Positions 57,322 to 62,623 of a stretch of 62,623 bases of DNA are shown piece after piece (position 1 is the first letter of the stretch; every line of letters starts with the position of its first letter). The position numbers were made by a program, and so were the translations under genes. Origin of the DNA: a virus (Duplodnaviria; Caudoviricetes); the IMG/VR virus record IMGVR_UViG_3300042452_000337, positions 1 to 62,623 of that record. The stretch is one strand, 5' to 3'. Under the pieces are notes generated by a model. That model was given only the letters and a program-made list of their open reading frames with translations. It searched no databases and was not told where the DNA came from.

Positions 57322-58458
57322 TCAGGCGAGGGCAGCGAACTTCACAAAGTTGCGGGGCGACTTCATCTTGATGTTGGCGAGGACGCTCACCGCGTAGCGA
57401 TACGAAGAAAGTTCCTCGTTAAAATAAGGGCCCTCTGCTTCGAGCAACTGGCCGGTCATCACCTTCATCTCCATGTTCCCAATCGACAAGGCGTACCCCA
57501 TACCGGCTCCGCAGCCGTAGTCGCTGGCGACTTCGATGCCGTCGATCTCGGTCGTGTCGAAGCCGAACGACCGGAGGCCGTTGCTCTTAGTCACGATGGC
57601 ACGCTCGCGAGCATCGAGCCGGTTCAGCAGTTCGATGTACATGGAGCGGTCGAGGAGGATCATGTCAATTTGATTCTCCTTCGTATCATTTCGCTTCGCG
57701 TGGTTCACCGAGAGGCGGATGGCCTCAAGGCAGTTGTTCCGCCACGTGAGCAGCGGCGTCGAAGCGGCCGCACCGAAGTAGGTGCTGGTGTAATTACAGA
57801 CCAGGGGCGACCAAAAGTCGTACTCCGGATCGGCTGCGGCTGCGGGCCACGCACCCGTGCCGGTCTGCGAGCCAGCGTACTGACCCAGACCGCACTTGAG
57901 GCCCGCGTACTCGTCGTTCGGGAAGCCGAACGGATCGGCGGCGTTGGCCGCACGCTGCTGGCCTGCGCTGGCACCGCTGATCGTGACCGTGCCGTTCACC
58001 GAAAACATGGACTCAAGCCCATGCCACCGGTTCTCGTTGCCCGGCGCGTTCCCGTCAACGAACACTTCCTTCGCGAGGTGTTCCTCGATGCTCTCCTTGA
58101 GCCGGTTCGCCATCTTGCCAGCGACGTCGATCAGTTGCGCCTGACCTCTGTTTTCGAGCATCTCTCGCTTGCTGATCTGATCCGTGACCGTATACCCCCG
58201 ATAGGGGAGGTTTGCCCTCTGCCAGAGGGCGTGGCGTGCGAAGACGCGCGGCGACTCGCCCGTGTACGAAGACACAGGGACGTTTCTGTAGCGGACCTGC
58301 CAATCAAAGCCCCTTCCCCCTTGATTCATCGCGACGTTGCCGTTGGCCTGCAGCGCGGCGAAGACCTTGAACTTGCGAAAGGTGGTCTGTTCCTCTTCCT
58401 TCAAATGAAGGGTCAGAGTCGTGCCAATAGAACGGGCCCAATCTACGCTCGACGCCAT
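57322..58458 (-). CDS. Major capsid protein
   Basis: 378 aa, after scaffold; GG..F...V.Y N-terminus and SFGF....IDG; terminator downstream. Confidence 0.75.
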   Translation of the reverse strand: MASSVDWARSIGTTLTLHLKEEEQTTFRKFKVFAALQANGNVAMNQGGRGFDWQVRYRNVPVSSYTGESPRVFARHALWQRANLPYRGYTVTDQISKREMLENRGQAQLIDVAGKMANRLKESIEEHLAKEVFVDGNAPGNENRWHGLESMFSVNGTVTISGASAGQQRAANAADPFGFPNDEYAGLKCGLGQYAGSQTGTGAWPAAAADPEYDFWSPLVCNYTSTYFGAAASTPLLTWRNNCLEAIRLSVNHAKRNDTKENQIDMILLDRSMYIELLNRLDARERAIVTKSNGLRSFGFDTTEIDGIEVASDYGCGAGMGYALSIGNMEMKVMTGQLLEAEGPYFNEELSSYRYAVSVLANIKMKSPRNFVKFAALA

Positions 58459-58471
58459 GTCGCTTTACCTT

Positions 58472-59584
58472 TCAGTTGATTCCGTCCCGCGAGATTTGTT
58501 TCGCGAGACGCTGTTCAAAGGTCAGGGGTGCTTGAGGTGTTCTCGGGTCGTTCGTTCCCGCACTCCTGCTCGGATTGCGAGACGCTTCCCTTCTAAGAAA
58601 CTCTATGTCCTTTTGCGCCTGAGTTGAGACATCGGCAGGTGCTTCCGGCGCAGCAGGAGCGTAAGCCTGAGGTGCGGTTTGCTGCGGTAATCCAGCCTCA
58701 AACGCACTTCGTTGCTGGGTGCCCTTGTACTGCTCCACGAGTTTCGCAAGGAGATCACGCTCCACTGCAATCGTGGCCCATTCCCAGCGCTGCTCGGGAG
58801 TTCCTATGCCCGCTTCTGCGAGTTGGTCGATGTACTTGTTCGCAGCCAAACCCTCCGGAGTGGGCTGGCCCTGCTCGTCGTACAGCCAGTCGCGATTCTC
58901 CTTCTCCAGCCCCGCAACGTACTGCGTGCGCTGCACTTCCTCGAACTGCTTCTGCACGATCTCTTGAGCAATGTTCTTGGCTTGCTCTTGGATCATCGGC
59001 CCGAGAGCCTCCTCAGGATTGGTGAGGAACTTCTGGGCGAAGTCGGCCTTGTACTTCTGGTACTCGTACAGCGCGTGGCGTGCGTCGAGCGGAGCGTTCT
59101 CCGCAATCACCTCACGGCCGTTCTCGTCCTTCACGAGGTACTGCTTGTACGACTCGCGAACCTCCGGAGGGTTCCACCACTTCTTCATCGCCTCCTGTGC
59201 GGCCGACTGCTGCGGCTGCTGCGGGGCTACGGGCTGCTGGGCCTGTCCTCGCCGGGAGGCAAGGTACTGCTCGAAGGGTTCTCGGTGTTCGAGGTACTGT
59301 TGGGCGTAGGGGATGTACTGCTGATACTGGGCAAGTGCTTGTGTTGCTGCTTTCTCTCGCTCCATCGAGGCGTAGAGGCGGCGAGCAATCGCCACATCGT
59401 CTGCCCCCTTGAAGTCAGGGAGAGCCTTGAAGGCATCCCACACCGACTGCTGCGCCGGTGCAGCGGGTGCAGCAGTTTGCGGCGTCGTGGTTTCTGGTGC
59501 AGATGCCGCACTGGTGTCTACCGTGTCGGTTGAGGTGGAGGTGTCGAGTCCCGAATCGGCTTCCATGACGGCTTCGTCTGACAT
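58472..59584 (-). CDS. Capsid scaffolding-like protein
   Basis: Acidic disordered N-terminus, coiled-coil body, upstream of capsid gene. Confidence 0.6.
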   Translation of the reverse strand: MSDEAVMEADSGLDTSTSTDTVDTSAASAPETTTPQTAAPAAPAQQSVWDAFKALPDFKGADDVAIARRLYASMEREKAATQALAQYQQYIPYAQQYLEHREPFEQYLASRRGQAQQPVAPQQPQQSAAQEAMKKWWNPPEVRESYKQYLVKDENGREVIAENAPLDARHALYEYQKYKADFAQKFLTNPEEALGPMIQEQAKNIAQEIVQKQFEEVQRTQYVAGLEKENRDWLYDEQGQPTPEGLAANKYIDQLAEAGIGTPEQRWEWATIAVERDLLAKLVEQYKGTQQRSAFEAGLPQQTAPQAYAPAAPEAPADVSTQAQKDIEFLRREASRNPSRSAGTNDPRTPQAPLTFEQRLAKQISRDGIN

Positions 59585-59598
59585 GACGGCTTCCTGCG

Positions 59599-60837
59599 TT
59601 AGAGATTGGTGCGGCTGGGTGCCAGCCCTGACTGTTGCAATCTCTTGTACGCCTCCGCATCTGCTGTAGATACACCCGGCACGCTGGCTCTCCGCTCCAT
59701 GCCCTGCCCGTATTGCCGCTGGCGGGCTTCGTTCGCCGCCTGGACTTCGGCAGGTGACTTCAACTTGGCGGGCTCAGGAATCAAGTTCACGTAGTCAGCC
59801 CACGTGCGTTCTGGATTGGCTCCAATCGCACCGATGATCCCTGCGGTGGTGCCCTGCTCCATCAAGTGGTCCGCCGCCAACCCACGTGCCGCACCGGCTG
59901 CTGCCGTGCCCATCGCAGCCCTGCCGCCGATCTTTGCCGCCGTGCCGATGGCTTTCGCCGCGCCCGCCATTGGGAACAGGATCGTGGGGTCGGCGCTCGA
60001 CATAGACGCATCGCCCATGTCTTGCAGGAACGGGGCTGGCGTGAATCCTGCCGTCCGCTGCCACCGCTCTCCGGCGTCCGGGATCGCCGCTGCACCCTGC
60101 AACTCCCGTAGTTCGGCAAGCCGCTGGCGGATGGCTTCGGGGCTTGAGCCGGAGGGCAGGTCGAGGATAGGGGCTGGTGAGTCTGGCCGGACGTCGGTCT
60201 GCATCATGTATTTGCCGGTGGCCGTCCGCCACGAGTCGTTCGCCGTCTCGGACTCACCGCTGCCCTGCATCCGCAGGAAATCCGGGATGAGTTCTGTCAT
60301 GCCCAAGTACTGCCCGGACGTAAGGTCGGGGTTCGAGACGGCGTTCGCCGTCGCCATACCCACGCCATCCTGCGACTTCCACCCGCCGGAATCCCGCCAG
60401 TTGTTGCGGTACAGCGGGTTGTTGTTCGTGGCGTCCCACGCGACGACGGCTTGCTGCAACGCCGCCTTCGCCGGGCTGTACCCCCTGCCAGCGTCTGCCA
60501 TTGAGCGGGATGCGTCCACACCAGTCATCCGCTCAAGGAACTCCTTGTCTCGGAGGAACCGCTGGCGGAACTCGTGCGTGGCGGGATCGACCAGATAGAT
60601 CGACTCCTCCCATCGCTTCTGCACTTCGTCGGGTGTGCTGCCGACTTTGGCGTACTCCGCCCGTGCGGTGGCCCGCTCCTCCGGGTTGGCCCAGCCAGCG
60701 GGAGCCTGCTTGTGCAGTTGGGCACGATCCTCGATCCACTTGATCGCATCCTCGTCCGACACATCCTGCGGGATGAAATGCCGGGCGAAGATGTCTCGGC
60801 GGAGGGAGCGGGCACGGATTTCGTTTGGGTCAGCCAT
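59599..60837 (-). CDS. Hypothetical virion-associated protein
   Basis: 412 aa ORF; TAATG coupling. Confidence 0.7.
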   Translation of the reverse strand: MADPNEIRARSLRRDIFARHFIPQDVSDEDAIKWIEDRAQLHKQAPAGWANPEERATARAEYAKVGSTPDEVQKRWEESIYLVDPATHEFRQRFLRDKEFLERMTGVDASRSMADAGRGYSPAKAALQQAVVAWDATNNNPLYRNNWRDSGGWKSQDGVGMATANAVSNPDLTSGQYLGMTELIPDFLRMQGSGESETANDSWRTATGKYMMQTDVRPDSPAPILDLPSGSSPEAIRQRLAELRELQGAAAIPDAGERWQRTAGFTPAPFLQDMGDASMSSADPTILFPMAGAAKAIGTAAKIGGRAAMGTAAAGAARGLAADHLMEQGTTAGIIGAIGANPERTWADYVNLIPEPAKLKSPAEVQAANEARQRQYGQGMERRASVPGVSTADAEAYKRLQQSGLAPSRTNL

Positions 60838-61103
60838 TACTTTCTCAGTAGGTTGCTGATGATCGAGGGAACCTGTCCCGACTTTGGGAGGTCGCGCTGC
60901 ATCTCAGCCTCACGCCAGAACTCGTCGTCGGACATATACTTTGGCCCGTCGATGCTCTGGGCGCGCTTCTCCACCGCACTGGTGTGCTGGTTGTCCGCGA
61001 TGGTCTGGTGCGGCGTGCCAAGCGGGCGGAACGCCTCGTAGATGCGCCAGTTCTTCCGGCGATCATCGACGTTCGTGCTTTGGCGGCGACCGGTGAAGTC
61101 CAT
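60837..61103 (-). CDS. Hypothetical protein with GRRQSTNVDDRR N-terminal motif
   Basis: GAGGG RBS; downstream of late-promoter-like box. Confidence 0.65.
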   Translation of the reverse strand: MDFTGRRQSTNVDDRRKNWRIYEAFRPLGTPHQTIADNQHTSAVEKRAQSIDGPKYMSDDEFWREAEMQRDLPKSGQVPSIISNLLRK

Positions 61104-61118
61104 GCAATCCCTCACGGG

Positions 61119-61128
61119 ATTTATGGCC
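61119..61128 (-). promoter_or_regulatory. Putative late promoter GGCCATAAAT
   Basis: One mismatch to consensus; overlaps hairpin AATCCC-GTGA-GGGATT. Confidence 0.55.
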
Positions 61129-61139
61129 GCACCGGGAGG

Positions 61140-61487
61140 CTATCGGTCCATGTCCTTCGGGAGGTAGCCGCCCTTGATCTTGGGAATGTCCTTGAGCAGG
61201 CCGTCTAGCAGCCGCTTTGCGGACCGGCTCACGCCATCGGAGCCGTCGTAGAGGGGCTTGCTGGCCGCACGCTGGTACGCCCCCGTATTGTCTGGCTCCG
61301 ACGACCCGTCTTCGTAATGAATCGGGTCGCCAGCCTTCCGCATGTACTGCGTCTGCTTCTTGGGAGCAGGCGGCTTTCCGGGCGGCTCGTCTCTGAATGG
61401 GTAGGGCACCGGCCCGTCGCCGGAACTCTTCCTCTTCGTGGTGGATGGCTTTCCCGGCGGCTCGTCGCTGAATGGATTCTTCGGCAT
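61140..61487 (-). CDS. Hypothetical protein with duplicated PF.DEPPGKP motif
   Basis: AGGAG RBS; 29-bp imperfect repeat at 61372 and 61447. Confidence 0.65.
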   Translation of the reverse strand: MPKNPFSDEPPGKPSTTKRKSSGDGPVPYPFRDEPPGKPPAPKKQTQYMRKAGDPIHYEDGSSEPDNTGAYQRAASKPLYDGSDGVSRSAKRLLDGLLKDIPKIKGGYLPKDMDR

Positions 61488-61504
61488 GGAGGTTCTCCTG
61501 CCGT

Positions 61505-61514
61505 ATTTATGTCC
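61505..61514 (-). promoter_or_regulatory. Putative late promoter GGACATAAAT
   Basis: Intergenic, at the start of the structural arm. Confidence 0.6.
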
Positions 61515-61516
61515 CG

Positions 61517-61660
61517 TCAGCGGGCCAGCAGATACAGCCCGACGTTCGAGAAGGCGTACCCCAGATACGCGATGCCCATGCCGGTATTGCCCCGCCAGAA
61601 CTGGTCTGCGGAGACGTAGGCGTAAATCACGCCGGTCAGGGCTATGAGAGGGCCGCTCAT
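61517..61660 (-). CDS. Small membrane protein
   Basis: Two hydrophobic segments; GGAGGG RBS. Confidence 0.6.
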   Translation of the reverse strand: MSGPLIALTGVIYAYVSADQFWRGNTGMGIAYLGYAFSNVGLYLLAR

Positions 61661-61664
61661 TCCG

Positions 61665-61916
61665 TCACCCCTCCCACTCTGCGGAATGGAACCGCCCGCC
61701 GTGATACGCATGGTCGGCACGACTTTGCGGGGAGCCGCCGTACCCGCCGGTCGCGTGAACCGAACAGGAGCCGCATTGCGGGGCATCGCCGCCAAACTCC
61801 TCGACTATGGCCTTGCTTGTCACGACCATCCGCCCTCCGCAGAACCGACACCAAGCGTCGAACATCCCGTCTGGGCGACTCCTGCGTTCAGCGAATTTGA
61901 CGAGCGGACTACTCAT
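61665..61916 (-). CDS. Small zinc-finger protein
   Basis: CRFC...CGSC. Confidence 0.55.
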   Translation of the reverse strand: MSSPLVKFAERRSRPDGMFDAWCRFCGGRMVVTSKAIVEEFGGDAPQCGSCSVHATGGYGGSPQSRADHAYHGGRFHSAEWEG

Positions 61917-62020
61917 GGCTTGAAAATAGGCGGCGCTGGCGGTGGCGTAAGGGATGAAACCACCACCGCCAGCAGCACGCCAGCGCAAAAGCACAGGAAC
62001 AGGAGAAGGTGGAGTCGCAC
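61913..62020 (-). CDS. Small hydrophobic peptide
   Basis: GTG overlaps the ssb stop; TGA overlaps the next ATG. Confidence 0.4.
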   Translation of the reverse strand: MRLHLLLFLCFCAGVLLAVVVSSLTPPPAPPIFKP

Positions 62021-62394
62021 TAGAACGGGATGACCTCATCCACCTCACTGACACCGGCACCGACCGCCTCCCGATCCTTCGGCATCCACCGGAGGCTCCT
62101 GCCCACCTCATCCGCCATTAGACGCAATGAGGAGCCCGGAGTGCCGTCCTTCTTCTGGTACGTCTCCAGAGCCAGCCGACCGGTGACGACCACCCTGTCG
62201 CCCTTCTTGAGCGTCTGGGACACCATGTCAGCCTGCTCGTCAAAACAGACGACATCGACCCACGTGGTCTGAGGCTCCTGCCCGTCCTTCTTGTAGGTCG
62301 AGGCGACGGAGAACGAGAGCATGGGCTTGCCGGAACGGGTGGTGCGGGGCTCCTGCACCTTCCCGACGTTGCCCGTAATCGTAGCGGTAATCAT
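62020..62394 (-). CDS. ssb: Single-stranded DNA-binding protein
   Basis: ITGNVG..E.R, TTWVDVVCF, KKGDRVVVTGRL, C-terminal DEVIPF. Confidence 0.9.
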   Translation of the reverse strand: MITATITGNVGKVQEPRTTRSGKPMLSFSVASTYKKDGQEPQTTWVDVVCFDEQADMVSQTLKKGDRVVVTGRLALETYQKKDGTPGSSLRLMADEVGRSLRWMPKDREAVGAGVSEVDEVIPF

Positions 62395-62524
62395 GGGAAT
62401 CCTTTCACCGTAGGGGGACGATAACTGGGCAGCAGTATAGCGGATCACGGGCGTACAGATACCCACCCAGCGGAGGGGTTGCAATGAAACTGGGAAAAAA
62501 TCCAGGAGGCGTACGTAACTAATA

Positions 62525-62623
62525 CGTGACGCGGCTGGGGGGGCTCGGGGGTAGGGGGTATCGCGTGCGTTCCATCTATATGCGGCACAACGGGTTCCGT
62601 TTCACGCTGTCGACCCCGAGCGT
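62525..62623. repeat. Terminal direct repeat, copy 2
   Basis: Identical to 1-99. Confidence 0.95.

Noticed and set aside
1-62623. tRNA or rRNA genes
   Set aside because: None were recognised by eye; tRNAscan-SE was not run.

Overview
The window looks like a complete, circularly assembled high-GC tailed-phage genome of about 62.5 kb: bases 1-99 recur at 62525-62623. It is probably podovirus-like, since there is no tape-measure or sheath gene but there are tail-tubular-like and large ejection-like proteins. The + strand early arm (216-13512) holds small ORFs, an amidoligase plus class II glutamine amidotransferase, a beta-clamp-like protein, a LexA-type HTH, a MoxR AAA/VWA-metallopeptidase pair and a serine recombinase. 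Almost everything else is on the - strand: SSB, scaffold, capsid, terminase, portal, FN3/LamG/Cys-rich tail proteins, ejection-like proteins, RecE/ERF recombination genes, SF2 helicase, nucleases, nucleotide hydrolases, a papain-type peptidase in a membrane-gene cluster and a sigma factor. A lone + strand tyrosine recombinase sits at 27713-28537. The strongest unexplained signals are non-coding. (1) Twelve co-oriented copies of CCGCTGCGGAGTCTG lie in the first 8.7 kb, mostly followed by a hairpin, a pyrimidine tract and an RBS, with compensatory changes between two of the hairpins. (2) Four GGMCATAAAT late-promoter-like boxes are each coupled to a hairpin near the RBS or start codon. (3) A ~330-nt structured non-coding region lies directly downstream of a PD-(D/E)XK endonuclease. 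All protein calls come from motif recognition by eye; no database search was run. A Planctomycetota host is only an impression.
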